In this document: in pieces, positions 38,452 to 48,292 of the stretch
Layout: each line of letters starts with the position of its first letter
Position numbering within the stretch: the stretch's first letter is position 1
Virus record (IMG/VR): IMGVR_UViG_3300035675_000004
Span: 1 to 64,000 of that record
Length of the DNA stretch: 64,000 bases
Reading direction: 5' to 3' (one strand)
Source of the DNA: a virus
Notes under the pieces: model-generated
What the model was told of the DNA's origin: nothing
Seen by the model: only the letters and a program-made list of their open reading frames with translations
Databases searched by the model: none
Made by a program: the position numbers and the translations under genes

Positions 38452-39618
38452 ATGAATACAAAGGATTTGGTAAAGAAATGGGAAGCCATTCTTAATGAAG
38501 GCAGAAAGTTCAAATCTAAGAAAGTTCAAAGAGCAACTGCTGTCATGCTTGAGAATGAGCATAAGTACCTTACCGAAACCGGCAACTATACTCAGACAGG
38601 TCTCAATAGGAATGACGGTTATGCAACATCTGGTGATTTTCATCAGATTGCCGTTCCTATGGTTAGACGAACATTTCCTGAGCTTGTAGCTCACGAAATC
38701 GTAGGCGTTCAGCCAATGACCGGTCCCGTAGGGCTGGCTTTCGCACTCAGGTTCAGAGCGGGTCAGACATATAACTCGGCTGCTAATACAGAGCTCGGTT
38801 ATAACACCATTGACACGACATACTCTGGATCTTACACGACATCCGCTGGTGAAGCTTATGGTTCTAATGTCACCGGTGATATCGGTCTGGGAATTGGAAC
38901 AGGCGTGGCCATCAACGAAGTCAATTTGACAATCGAGAAGGCACAGGTCGAAGCTAAGACCAGAAAACTCAGGAGCCGTTGGTCTCTTGAAGTCGCTCAG
39001 GATCTCAAGGCTATGCACGGTCTTGACCTTGAGGAAGAAATGATGGACATTCTCGCATATGAAATCACAGCTGAAATCGATCGTGAGATCGTAGACGCCG
39101 TGAATGCAATTGCGGAAGCATCAAGTTGGTCATACTCAACATCTGCAGACGGTAGGTGGGAATCTGAGAAATACAGAAACCTCTACAATGTAGTTGTTCG
39201 TAGAGCCAACGAGATCGCAATCGACACCCGTAGGGGCGCTGGTAACTTTGTTCTGGCTGCACCTTATGTTTGTGCCGCATTTGAAGGTCTATCAAGTTTC
39301 GTTATCCATCCAACGGATGGCGAAATTAATACATTGGTAGCTGGTGTTGCCAAAATGGGTTCTCTCGACGGCCGCATTGCGGTTTTCAGAGACACATTCG
39401 CTGCATCCGACTACATGACAGTTGGATATAAAGGCCCGTCAGAGTATGACGCAGGTATTATCTACCTCCCATACATTCAGCTGATGGTATCAAAGACGAT
39501 TTACGAGCAGTCATTCCATCCAACCGTAGGTTTGATGAGTAGATATGCTATCCATAATCATATCTTTGGTGCAAACCTTTACTACAAGAAGGTAACGATT
39601 ACCGGCTTGCCAACCTAA
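38452..39618 (+). CDS. gp23: Major capsid protein (T4 gp23-like)
   Basis: GVQPMTGPVGLAFALR, EVAQDLKAMHGLD, EITAEIDREI and GYKG.SEYDAG motifs. Confidence 0.97.
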   Translation: MNTKDLVKKWEAILNEGRKFKSKKVQRATAVMLENEHKYLTETGNYTQTGLNRNDGYATSGDFHQIAVPMVRRTFPELVAHEIVGVQPMTGPVGLAFALRFRAGQTYNSAANTELGYNTIDTTYSGSYTTSAGEAYGSNVTGDIGLGIGTGVAINEVNLTIEKAQVEAKTRKLRSRWSLEVAQDLKAMHGLDLEEEMMDILAYEITAEIDREIVDAVNAIAEASSWSYSTSADGRWESEKYRNLYNVVVRRANEIAIDTRRGAGNFVLAAPYVCAAFEGLSSFVIHPTDGEINTLVAGVAKMGSLDGRIAVFRDTFAASDYMTVGYKGPSEYDAGIIYLPYIQLMVSKTIYEQSFHPTVGLMSRYAIHNHIFGANLYYKKVTITGLPT

Positions 39619-39639
39619 TGTGGTTAATATAGTGTAATA

Positions 39640-39675
39640 AAAGACCCTCTGGAGCGCAGGTTCCAGAGGGTTTTT
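39640..39675 (+). terminator. Rho-independent terminator after MCP
   Basis: accctctgga...tccagagggt hairpin followed by a T run. Confidence 0.85.
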
Positions 39676-39705
39676 GTTTACTTTTAGACTAAATACTGGT
39701 ATAAT
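39676..39705 (+). promoter_or_regulatory. Sigma70/T4-early-like promoter with overlapping late-like ACTAAATA
   Basis: gTTTACT (39676-82), 17-bp spacer, TGg extended -10, TATAAT (39700-05). ACTAAATA at 39688-95. Confidence 0.6.
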
Positions 39706-39719
39706 AGTATAAGTGAGGG

Positions 39720-40244
39720 ATGACTATGCCTGTATTAGATAGAAAAGGATTAACTGAATTAATGGATATGGATCAGCTGCAACAGGATGTAATAGATGTG
39801 GCCGCTGAAACCGTATCTGTAACAGAGGATGAAGATGAAGCTGTACGCATCCTAAAACAGAATATTGAGAAGGCCAATGTACTTCTCGATAAATGTATTG
39901 CGGAAATGAATAACGGTAACTTTTCGGCCCGATTAGTCGAAGTTTCGAGCCTTTTAGTTAACTCAGTTACCACCGCGAGCGGGCAAATCCTTGCCCACCA
40001 AGACGCACAGCAAGGTTTACAAATCAAAGAAAGTATGATAAGATTAAAGTCAAAAGAAGTTCTCATTAGAGAGAAATATCTTAGCGGAAAAGAAGCTAAA
40101 GAGGGCTCCGGTACCAATCAACAACTTGTAATTACCGATAGAGAGACCATCCTGAAGTTTCTGCAAGACAAAAACGAAAAGAAAGAAGTCAAACAGGTTG
40201 TTTCAACACAACCAAGATTGGAGGACACTGATGATGCCAAGTGA
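39720..40244 (+). CDS. terS: Terminase small subunit (gp16-like)
   Basis: 'ARLVEVSSLLV' and 'NQQLVITDRETILKFL' resemble gp16 motifs; lies upstream of TerL. Confidence 0.7.
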   Translation: MTMPVLDRKGLTELMDMDQLQQDVIDVAAETVSVTEDEDEAVRILKQNIEKANVLLDKCIAEMNNGNFSARLVEVSSLLVNSVTTASGQILAHQDAQQGLQIKESMIRLKSKEVLIREKYLSGKEAKEGSGTNQQLVITDRETILKFLQDKNEKKEVKQVVSTQPRLEDTDDAK

Positions 40245-42189
40245 TTTTAGGTCTATTATTCTTGACCAAAGGAAAGAGAAGAAAGCTACGATGTGGGAAG
40301 GTACTTGTCTGGATTATCTCTACAGAGCGAAGGAAAATCCAGAGGTAGCAAATCTATCGCCGGGTCGTATTTACAATATGATTATGAAACACGGCGTAGA
40401 GGATGTTGATATTTCGTTCAAGACGAGAGGCTATGAGGATTTGGTCAGATACAAATTTTTCGATGGCAAGATTTTCGGAACCCTTGAGGCTCTGCATGAC
40501 ATTATGCGTTTCTTGAAAGCAGCGGCTCGCAGAACGGAAACTGGAAAGAGGATCCTTATTATGGTGGGTCCGGTTTCTTCTGGAAAGTCTACTATCGCTA
40601 ACCTTATCAAGAGAGGATTGGAGGCAGATGATACTCCAAGATATTCTGTCAAGGACTGCCCTATTCACGAAGAACCGCTACATCTTATTCCAAATGCGGA
40701 TAGGGAATACTGGGAGAAAGCTCTCGGTGTCAAGATAGAGGGAACACTTTGTCCTGTCTGCCAGCATATGATAGATGAGCAGTTTACGGACACTGATGGT
40801 CACATAAAGTGGGAAGAAGTTCCGGTTGTTCAGCTTCAGTTCAATGAACAGAAGCGAGTTGGTATTGGAACATTCCAACCATCCGATCCGAAGTCTCAGG
40901 ATATTTCTGAGCTCATCGGTCGTGTCAATATGTCCAAGATGACCCGCTACGGTGAGACAGACCCCCGCGCTTACCAGTTCAACGGTGAGTTGCAGGTTGC
41001 CAATGGTGGGTTGATTGAATACATCGAAATCTTGAAAGCGGATGTTAAATTCCACTATGTCTTGATTACGGCAGCACAGGAGCAGATGATTAAAGCTCCG
41101 GGCTTCCCTCAGATGTATATTGATACCCTTATTCTATCCCATACGAACCAGACGGAGTTCGACAGCTTCAAGGCTGAGAAAAAGAACGAAGCTCTGCATG
41201 ACAGGATGTACCCTATTATGGTTCCGTGGAACCTTCGTGTGGACGATGAAATCAAAATCTACGAGAAGATGATCCGTGAGAGTGACTTCCGGGATATCCA
41301 TATATCTCCTAACACCCTCAGAATTGCGGCTCAGTTTGCCGTGTTGACAAGGCTTGTTCCTTCGCCAAAGGTTTCTTCTCTTATTCAGAAGATGAAAATC
41401 TACAACGGTGAAATCAGCGAGGAAATGAAGAAGCAAGAGATTGATGTGAAGGCTCTCCGTCTGGAAGGGCGAGAGCAGGGTGAGGGAATGAAAGGTATTT
41501 CCCCACGATTTATCATCAACGCCTTGAATATTGCTCTTGGTATCAAAGAGGATAAGAAGTGTATCAATCCTATTGATATCATCAGAACGCTGAGGTCTAA
41601 CTTCCAGCATTCCATCGGTATCGCCGAGGAAGATGCTAAGCGTTATCTTGGCATCCTGATTGGTGAGAAAGAGAGCGTCAGAGCAGAGCTCACCGAAATG
41701 TCTAAGAAGGAAGTTAATATGTCCTTCCTGTCTGCTTATGAGGATCAGGCTCAGTCGTTGTTTGAGAATTACATCCGTAATGCTGAGGCGTTCTGCAAGA
41801 AAGAGAATGTTCTCGACAGCATTACTGGTGAGTATAGCACACCTGACGAAAAACTGATGAGGTCTATTGAGGAATACATCGGTGTTCCTGTTAATTCCAA
41901 ATCGGAGTTTCGTAATAATATATTCGTTTACAAATCATCCCAGCTGGAGAAACGCGAACTGTTTACCTTCAGAACATATGATCCATTGAGAATAGCCATC
42001 GAGAAAAAGCTGATGGCCGATCTCAAGAATGTGGTATCTTTGACTTTGGCTGACAAGACCGCAACGGATAAGAGGTCGCAGATGAAGCGCAAAACGGCAG
42101 TCAACAACCTTATCAAGAGGGGTTACTGTGAAGATTGTGCAAACATTCTTCTGAGCTTCGTCGGTGAAGTGCTTCGTAAAGAGGAGTAA
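40231..42189 (+). CDS. prkA: PrkA/YeaG AAA+ ATPase / serine kinase
   Basis: Walker A GPVSSGKS, CPIHEEPL, GIGTFQPSDPKSQDISEL, ANGGLIEYIE, NEALHDR and GISPRF motifs; GGAGG RBS. Confidence 0.93.
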   Translation: MMPSDFRSIILDQRKEKKATMWEGTCLDYLYRAKENPEVANLSPGRIYNMIMKHGVEDVDISFKTRGYEDLVRYKFFDGKIFGTLEALHDIMRFLKAAARRTETGKRILIMVGPVSSGKSTIANLIKRGLEADDTPRYSVKDCPIHEEPLHLIPNADREYWEKALGVKIEGTLCPVCQHMIDEQFTDTDGHIKWEEVPVVQLQFNEQKRVGIGTFQPSDPKSQDISELIGRVNMSKMTRYGETDPRAYQFNGELQVANGGLIEYIEILKADVKFHYVLITAAQEQMIKAPGFPQMYIDTLILSHTNQTEFDSFKAEKKNEALHDRMYPIMVPWNLRVDDEIKIYEKMIRESDFRDIHISPNTLRIAAQFAVLTRLVPSPKVSSLIQKMKIYNGEISEEMKKQEIDVKALRLEGREQGEGMKGISPRFIINALNIALGIKEDKKCINPIDIIRTLRSNFQHSIGIAEEDAKRYLGILIGEKESVRAELTEMSKKEVNMSFLSAYEDQAQSLFENYIRNAEAFCKKENVLDSITGEYSTPDEKLMRSIEEYIGVPVNSKSEFRNNIFVYKSSQLEKRELFTFRTYDPLRIAIEKKLMADLKNVVSLTLADKTATDKRSQMKRKTAVNNLIKRGYCEDCANILLSFVGEVLRKEE

Positions 42190-42190
42190 T

Positions 42191-42469
42191 ATGAGCAAGG
42201 AAATTGTGAAGGATAATGTTCAAAAAACCATTGAAGCATTTCTTTCCCACCATGCGAAAGAGTTATCATCTATAAGAGATAGGTTTATAACAGAGCTGGC
42301 CGCGGCCCTGAGAACAAAGGAAGCCGCCCAGCTCACCAACCTTGAGCTTACCGATATGGATGATAACATTACAGCATGGCTCAACTCGGAAGATAGGTTG
42401 AGGGAAATGAGTGTTTTATATGATGAATGGTATTATCCGTATATAGCAAAATATTTTAGAAAAGAATAG
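42191..42469 (+). CDS. Hypothetical protein inserted between prkA and yeaH
   Basis: GAGGAG RBS; ATG 2 nt after the prkA stop. Confidence 0.65.
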   Translation: MSKEIVKDNVQKTIEAFLSHHAKELSSIRDRFITELAAALRTKEAAQLTNLELTDMDDNITAWLNSEDRLREMSVLYDEWYYPYIAKYFRKE

Positions 42470-42478
42470 AGGACAATC

Positions 42479-43786
42479 ATGGGAGTTATTGTTCACGAAG
42501 ATTGGGATCTGTCGGCCAAAGGTATAAAAGATGCGGAACGACACCGTGAAAAAATTGACGATGTTATCCGCAAGAATATCAAAGATGTCATAGCCGAAGA
42601 AGCAATAATCACAAAAAAGCAGGGTCAGAAGATCCGAATACCTGTCCGTGGCCTGAAAGACTACAAGTTTATCTATGGTAGTACAGGTGCATCTGGCGGT
42701 GTAGGTCAGGGTAATGCCAAGGCCGGCGACCTTATTGCTCGAAGGAGCAAGAGGGGAAAGAAGGGTGATAACAAACCCGGAAATCAGCCCGGCGAAGAAT
42801 ATATGGAAACAGAAGTGAGCATTGATTATCTTATCGAATTGATGTTCGCTGATCTTGGATTGCCGTGGATTAAGGACAAGGAGCGAGCAGAGCAACTTGT
42901 TCCTAAAGGATGGAAGTTTGAGACCATATCCAAAGTAGGCATTCGACCCCGTGTTCACAAACATAGGACACTCAAAGAAACTATGAAGCGAATGGCGATG
43001 TATGCTGCCGAAATTATGTCTGATACAGAATGTGATGAGGGTGATGCATACCGTGCTCTTGTTATGGCCGAGGGTGATTTGAACAAGGCTATTGATATTG
43101 CTAAGAGGAAGGCGATTGATGCAAGTATTGATCCGTTCTCCATTTTTATTGAGGATGATGACCTTCGGTTCAAACAGATAGAAGAAGATTTTGAGATACA
43201 CAGCAACGCGGTTGTCTTGGCGATGATGGACACATCTGGTTCTATGACAAAGGAAAAGAAATATCTCGCGAGAGCGATGTTATTCTGGCTGGTTGAGTTT
43301 CTCAAGAAAACCTATAACAATGTCAGGATAAGATTTATCGTTCATACAACCGAAGCTAAACTGGTTGACGAGGAACACTTCTTCAAGCGTGGAGAGGACG
43401 GCGGAACATATTGTCATACCGCCATTGACCTTGCCAACGAATTGATTGAGAATGAATATCCTGTCAGTGAATGGAATGTCTATTGTGTTTACATTTCTGA
43501 CGGTGAAGATTTTTCAGCCGATGAAACAGTAAAGTCTGTAAAACAGATGCTGGAGAAGCAAATAAATATGCTTGGATATTGTGAGATAAGATTGAATGGT
43601 GAACATTACAGCTCCAGTAATCTACTCGATGCTTTCTTGAAAGAGAAGTCATTTTCATTCAAGACTAACACCGAGAACGGCACAAACTTTTACAGAGATG
43701 ACGAGAAACATTTTTTGATGAGCGTAATGAAAAGCAAAAAGGATGTATATCCTTGTTTGAGACATTTACTTTTTGAGAAAAAATAG
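42479..43786 (+). CDS. yeaH: YeaH/YhbH (DUF444) vWA-domain protein
   Basis: D.ERHREKI, DDLRFKQ, MMDTSGSM (MIDAS), GGT, YP..EWN.Y and SDGED motifs. Confidence 0.92.
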   Translation: MGVIVHEDWDLSAKGIKDAERHREKIDDVIRKNIKDVIAEEAIITKKQGQKIRIPVRGLKDYKFIYGSTGASGGVGQGNAKAGDLIARRSKRGKKGDNKPGNQPGEEYMETEVSIDYLIELMFADLGLPWIKDKERAEQLVPKGWKFETISKVGIRPRVHKHRTLKETMKRMAMYAAEIMSDTECDEGDAYRALVMAEGDLNKAIDIAKRKAIDASIDPFSIFIEDDDLRFKQIEEDFEIHSNAVVLAMMDTSGSMTKEKKYLARAMLFWLVEFLKKTYNNVRIRFIVHTTEAKLVDEEHFFKRGEDGGTYCHTAIDLANELIENEYPVSEWNVYCVYISDGEDFSADETVKSVKQMLEKQINMLGYCEIRLNGEHYSSSNLLDAFLKEKSFSFKTNTENGTNFYRDDEKHFLMSVMKSKKDVYPCLRHLLFEKK

Positions 43787-43794
43787 GTGCGGGA

Positions 43795-44037
43795 ATGAAG
43801 GTAACACAAAAAGATGTGAATATTGGTGATAATTTTATTGTAACAGAAGATCTATTTGTAATGGAAAAGCCCGGTGCCGCCCTTGATAGACACGGATATC
43901 TTCTTGAAGGTGATAGAGTCACTGTCACGAAAAGACCGAGAAGATATGATGAAATAAACTGTGTTGAGTTTGAATGTAAGGGGGATGTATTTTATTCATA
44001 CTGGATAGATTTTAGAAAGAGCACGGAAAGGGTGTAA
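43795..44037 (+). CDS. Hypothetical protein inserted between yeaH and spoVR
   Basis: 80-aa ORF that fills the gap. Confidence 0.6.
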   Translation: MKVTQKDVNIGDNFIVTEDLFVMEKPGAALDRHGYLLEGDRVTVTKRPRRYDEINCVEFECKGDVFYSYWIDFRKSTERV

Positions 44038-44039
44038 CA

Positions 44040-45635
44040 ATGAAGAAAGAAGAATACCAAAGGTTGATGAAAATCGAAGGAAAGATCGTCAAGCTGATGG
44101 AGGAATACGGTCTAAGGTGTTTGCCGGTTGAGTTTGATGTTATTCCGCCACAGAAGATGATGGAAATCCTTGCGTATAGAAGTCCTACCAATATCTCCAA
44201 CTGGAAATATGGTCGCGACTACGAAAGGCTGAGAACCATTTTTGACAAGGTTGATGCTGGATTGCCATACGAGCTGGTTATCAATGACAGCCCGGCGAGA
44301 GCATACTTGATGAACTCCAATACACTTTCTACACAGGTATTGGTTATGGCGCATGTTTATGCGCATGTCAACTTCTTTACAGAAAGCAGATGGTTCCAAA
44401 AATCGAGAAATGACATTATCGAAGTTATGGCTGAAGCTAATAAACGGTTTAACTATTACGAGAGATTGTATGGTCTCGATCAGGTTGAACGGATTGTTGA
44501 TGCTGGCCATGCGCTTCAATGGCATTCGTCACCGTTTGAGATGGAGACGGAGGACGAGAAACGAAAGAGAATTTTCGAGAGGGAACGTAAGACATTTATT
44601 CCATCGAAATCTGAATTTTCTGATGTTCTCCCAAAGGACAAGAGAAAGAAAATTATCTCTGATGTCGAGATGTATAACAACAAACTCTGGAAAACCCTTA
44701 TGGGTATGTCGCCTGTAGAGCCTACAGAAGATTTCTTGAGATTTATTATTGACAACTCGCAGGTTCTTGAAGATTGGGAAAAGGATATACTTGAGATTTT
44801 GAGGATAGAGGGTCAGTATTACTGGCCTCATATCAGAACAAAGTATATGAACGAAGGATGGGCTACATTTGTCCACGAAAGAATTATGAAGGTATTGTTT
44901 GACGAGGGATATCTCGATGCTACCGAGCACGGTGAATACGCCTACAATAACTCTCTTGTCAAAGGCACCAATAAACTTTCAATGAACCCCTATCTTGTAG
45001 GCTCTGAAATGTGGAAAGACATTAAGGAGAGATGGGATAAGGGAAGATACGGCACAGAATATGAAAACTGTACGGATCACAATGAGAGGGAAAAGTGGGA
45101 TACGAAGGAGATGGTCGGTGAGAAAAAGATACAGGAAGTTCTCAAATCCTATACTGATTGGTTCTTTATGCAGGACTTTCTCACGGTTGACCTTATAGAT
45201 AAGCTTGACCTGTATATCTATCAGATGGTCGAAACAGCCGGTTCTATAGACTATGTGAGGACAAAACACGAACGCAAAGAAGTCCGTGATTTGATAGTAA
45301 ACAGCTTTGCTCATAGTGGTGTTCCGAAAGTTGAAATCGTTGATGCCGGGAAATCCACCGGCGGCGGAATGATACTGGTTCACAGGTATAATAACATTCC
45401 GTTAGACCCGAAATATACCGAAGAAACATTGAAACACATTTGCAGATTGTGGGGCAGGCCTATTGCTCTCAAGACAGTAGTAAATGACAAGGAGCATATT
45501 TACACTGTTACAGATGAAGAAACAGCTGTGCAGCACAGTAATGCTCCGACGCCAGGTGCTAAAGCAGCCAAACTCTTTTATTTCAGACATTTGATTGATC
45601 TCAACCCCGTGGAAAACACGATCAATATCGAGTAG
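44040..45635 (+). CDS. spoVR: SpoVR/YcgB family protein
   Basis: W.YGRDY, YELVIN..P..AYLM..N, AHVYAH..FF, TKYMNEGWA and NPY..G motifs. Confidence 0.93.
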   Translation: MKKEEYQRLMKIEGKIVKLMEEYGLRCLPVEFDVIPPQKMMEILAYRSPTNISNWKYGRDYERLRTIFDKVDAGLPYELVINDSPARAYLMNSNTLSTQVLVMAHVYAHVNFFTESRWFQKSRNDIIEVMAEANKRFNYYERLYGLDQVERIVDAGHALQWHSSPFEMETEDEKRKRIFERERKTFIPSKSEFSDVLPKDKRKKIISDVEMYNNKLWKTLMGMSPVEPTEDFLRFIIDNSQVLEDWEKDILEILRIEGQYYWPHIRTKYMNEGWATFVHERIMKVLFDEGYLDATEHGEYAYNNSLVKGTNKLSMNPYLVGSEMWKDIKERWDKGRYGTEYENCTDHNEREKWDTKEMVGEKKIQEVLKSYTDWFFMQDFLTVDLIDKLDLYIYQMVETAGSIDYVRTKHERKEVRDLIVNSFAHSGVPKVEIVDAGKSTGGGMILVHRYNNIPLDPKYTEETLKHICRLWGRPIALKTVVNDKEHIYTVTDEETAVQHSNAPTPGAKAAKLFYFRHLIDLNPVENTINIE

Positions 45636-45658
45636 TCCACATTCTTTCTTTTCCGCGC

Positions 45659-45698
45659 TGGCCCCTGTGGGATTTCTTCTCACAGGGGCCATTTTTTT
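45659..45698 (+). terminator. Rho-independent terminator closing the prkA-yeaH-spoVR cassette
   Basis: tggcccctgtg...cacaggggcca hairpin followed by T7. Confidence 0.88.
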
Positions 45699-45736
45699 GC
45701 TTTCCAATCCATAAATAATGGAAAGGAGACAATATT

Positions 45737-45931
45737 ATGCCGTGGACAGTAGCAGATGTTGATAGACACAAAAAGGGTCTGTCAGCTGAACAAAAGAAAA
45801 AGTGGGTATCTATCGCCAATGCTGTTTTGAAAGATACTGGGGATGAAGGTAGAGCTATAAGGATAGCCAATAGTAAAGTGAATGAGGATGTAGACATTCT
45901 CAGTAAGATAGACGAGTTTCTATGCCAGTAA
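45737..45931 (+). CDS. Small ChaB/YdaT-like protein
   Basis: MPWT...L....KW.SIANA.L...DEGRAIRIAN; preceded by CATAAATA and an AGGAG RBS. Confidence 0.6.
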   Translation: MPWTVADVDRHKKGLSAEQKKKWVSIANAVLKDTGDEGRAIRIANSKVNEDVDILSKIDEFLCQ

Positions 45932-47469
45932 GATATGATACCTTCGTAAAAAGACCACTTGAAGAATTTCCATATTCGCCAGAGCAGGTTCAAGAGTTGC
46001 AGAAATGTTCTGTTGATATATGGTATTTCTTAAAGTATATAAAAATTGTTCATCCAGACAGGGGCCGCATTATATTTGAGCCCTATCCGTATCAGAAAAA
46101 AATCCTCAAAAAATTACAGCAGAATAGATTTGTTATTGGTCTCTGGGCTCGACAATCAGGTAAGAGCACTACAGTATGTGCGTATGCCTTGTGGTTTGCT
46201 ATCTTCAATTCTGACAAGGTTATCGGTATTGTGTCCAATAAACAAAATTCTGCGATGGACATTCTTAATAGACTGAAAATCATGTACGAGGAGCTTCCTG
46301 TTTGGTTGAAACCCGGTGTTTCTGAGTATTCAAAGACCTTTGTATACTTTGACAACGGTTCAAAGATAATGGTTTCTGCCACCAGCCCAGACGCTCTCAG
46401 AGGTAGAACCTTGAACCTTCTGATTATGGACGAGTTCGCCTTTGTTGCGAAAAACAAGGCCGAGGATTTCTGGTCATCCAACCAGCCGACGATTACCGCA
46501 TCAGAGGAGTCGCGTATTGTCATTATCAGTACGCCAAATGGTATGTTCAATTTGTTCCATCGTCTTTATTCTGGCGCGGAAAGAAAGGAAAACACATTCG
46601 TTCCAGTAAGAGCAACTTGGAAGGAAGTTCCGGGCCGTGACAGGAAATGGGCCGAAGAACAGAAACAGAACCTTGGCAAAATCAGGTTTGCTCAGGAGCA
46701 CGAATGTGAATTTCTCGGTTCTACCAATACTGTCATCGAGTCGGAGACAATAGAAAATCTTTATACACAAATAAAAGACCCAGTTCATACAGACCTGCAA
46801 GGTCGCCTCAAAATATACGAGAAACCGATAAAAGATTTCCAGTATGTTCTGGGCGTGGACACAGCCAAGGGAACGGGCGAGAATGGTTCTGGAATACAAA
46901 TTCTTAAAATAGCATCATCCAAGCCTATATCCTATGAGCAGGTAGCCGTCTTTTATCATACCCTCACCGATGTTTATACATTTTCTGATATTGTAAACAG
47001 ACTGTCTCTCTATTATAACAATGCTTATATTATGTGTGAGAACAATGCGGAAGGTTCAACCGTTGTCTCACGACTATGGTGGGATTTTGAGAACCCCGGC
47101 CTCATAAACAGTGGTAGTAAGAATGTAGACCTTGGCATCCGCGCCAAGAAAAATACGAAACCAAAGGCCGTTCTTCTCTGGAAAAAGCTGGTAGAGGATA
47201 CTTCCCTCAAAATTTGTGACAGGGATACGGTTGATCAAATAAGCACATTTATTGAAAAGGGCGGAAAATTTATGGGAAAAGATATGCCGGATGACCTTGT
47301 ATGTGCTATGTATTGGGCCACATTTATCGGTTCTATGAACATTTTGGAAGATAGTCCAGAGTTGAGAAAGTCAGTAGAGGACGATGATGAGGACGCATGG
47401 GGTATTTTGACCGATGTGCCGGCCTATGAGGAGAATTGGGATTGGCTTACCAAAATCAATCCTTTGTGA
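45922..47469 (+). CDS. terL: Terminase large subunit (gp17-like)
   Basis: ARQSGKST Walker A, LIMDEFAF Walker B, ISTPNG, QEHECEF, GVD and DDLV motifs. Confidence 0.96.
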   Translation: MPVRYDTFVKRPLEEFPYSPEQVQELQKCSVDIWYFLKYIKIVHPDRGRIIFEPYPYQKKILKKLQQNRFVIGLWARQSGKSTTVCAYALWFAIFNSDKVIGIVSNKQNSAMDILNRLKIMYEELPVWLKPGVSEYSKTFVYFDNGSKIMVSATSPDALRGRTLNLLIMDEFAFVAKNKAEDFWSSNQPTITASEESRIVIISTPNGMFNLFHRLYSGAERKENTFVPVRATWKEVPGRDRKWAEEQKQNLGKIRFAQEHECEFLGSTNTVIESETIENLYTQIKDPVHTDLQGRLKIYEKPIKDFQYVLGVDTAKGTGENGSGIQILKIASSKPISYEQVAVFYHTLTDVYTFSDIVNRLSLYYNNAYIMCENNAEGSTVVSRLWWDFENPGLINSGSKNVDLGIRAKKNTKPKAVLLWKKLVEDTSLKICDRDTVDQISTFIEKGGKFMGKDMPDDLVCAMYWATFIGSMNILEDSPELRKSVEDDDEDAWGILTDVPAYEENWDWLTKINPL

Positions 47470-47477
47470 GGCTTTTT

Positions 47478-47485
47478 TATAAATA
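47478..47485 (+). promoter_or_regulatory. T4-type late promoter TATAAATA
   Basis: Exact consensus upstream of the neck gene. Confidence 0.7.
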
Positions 47486-47518
47486 TAATAAGAATACTAT
47501 AGAGGTTTGCATCATACG

Positions 47519-48292
47519 ATGAAAAAATCAGACTTGGTAGAAAAAATCAAAAGACGTCTCGGCTATCCGGTTGTCAAGGTAGAACTGGACAATGCTCAGA
47601 TTGTCGATTGTATTGACTTTTCCAGACAGAAATATCTCAAGTGGTCAGCTGGACAGGGAACAGTGGAACATTTTTATACACAGTTGCTCTCAGCCGGCCA
47701 GACATTGTATGATTGCCCGGGTAATGTAACCGAAGTGTTGAATTATGAAATAGCAACCACCGGTTCTGTTCAAACACTATTCACTATTGAAAATTACCTG
47801 TATAATCAGGGAATGTATGATATGATACTGATGCGAGGGGCTGGGTCAGGATATACATTGATATCTTATCACATAGCAAGAGACTTTTTGGATACCGTCA
47901 GACGGTATGTAGTTGATGCTTATAATTTTACTTATCACAGATATACAAATCAAATTGAGATCCAGCCCCCGCCCCCTTCAGGCGGTGTAGTATACACATC
48001 AACAGCTTCATATCAATCACCGGGTTGGATATTGGTAAGAGCAATGGTTGTTGAAGGCCTTGATGAAGATATCTACGAACACGATTGGGTTTTTGAATAC
48101 GCCTTGGCACAGTCAAAGGTTATCCTCGGCAGGATAAGGTCGAAGTTTGCCAACTTTACCAGTATCGGGCAAACAGGCCTGACAATGGATGGAGATGCCC
48201 TCATCTCAGAGGGGCAGGCAGAAGTAGAGAAGTTGGAAGAAAGGCTCCGAATGGAGGAGCCTTGGCTTGGATATGGGATAGAAGTTGGATAA
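47519..48292 (+). CDS. gp13: Neck protein (gp13-like)
   Basis: RRLGYPVVKVEL..Q..DCID, W..EYALA..K...G..RSKF motifs. Confidence 0.88.
   Translation: MKKSDLVEKIKRRLGYPVVKVELDNAQIVDCIDFSRQKYLKWSAGQGTVEHFYTQLLSAGQTLYDCPGNVTEVLNYEIATTGSVQTLFTIENYLYNQGMYDMILMRGAGSGYTLISYHIARDFLDTVRRYVVDAYNFTYHRYTNQIEIQPPPPSGGVVYTSTASYQSPGWILVRAMVVEGLDEDIYEHDWVFEYALAQSKVILGRIRSKFANFTSIGQTGLTMDGDALISEGQAEVEKLEERLRMEEPWLGYGIEVG

Noticed and set aside
40231-45635. prkA-spoVR block as host chromosome (prophage boundary)
   Set aside because: It is flanked on both sides by co-oriented phage packaging genes, prkA overlaps terS, and no integrase or att site was seen. A chimeric assembly cannot be fully excluded without reads.
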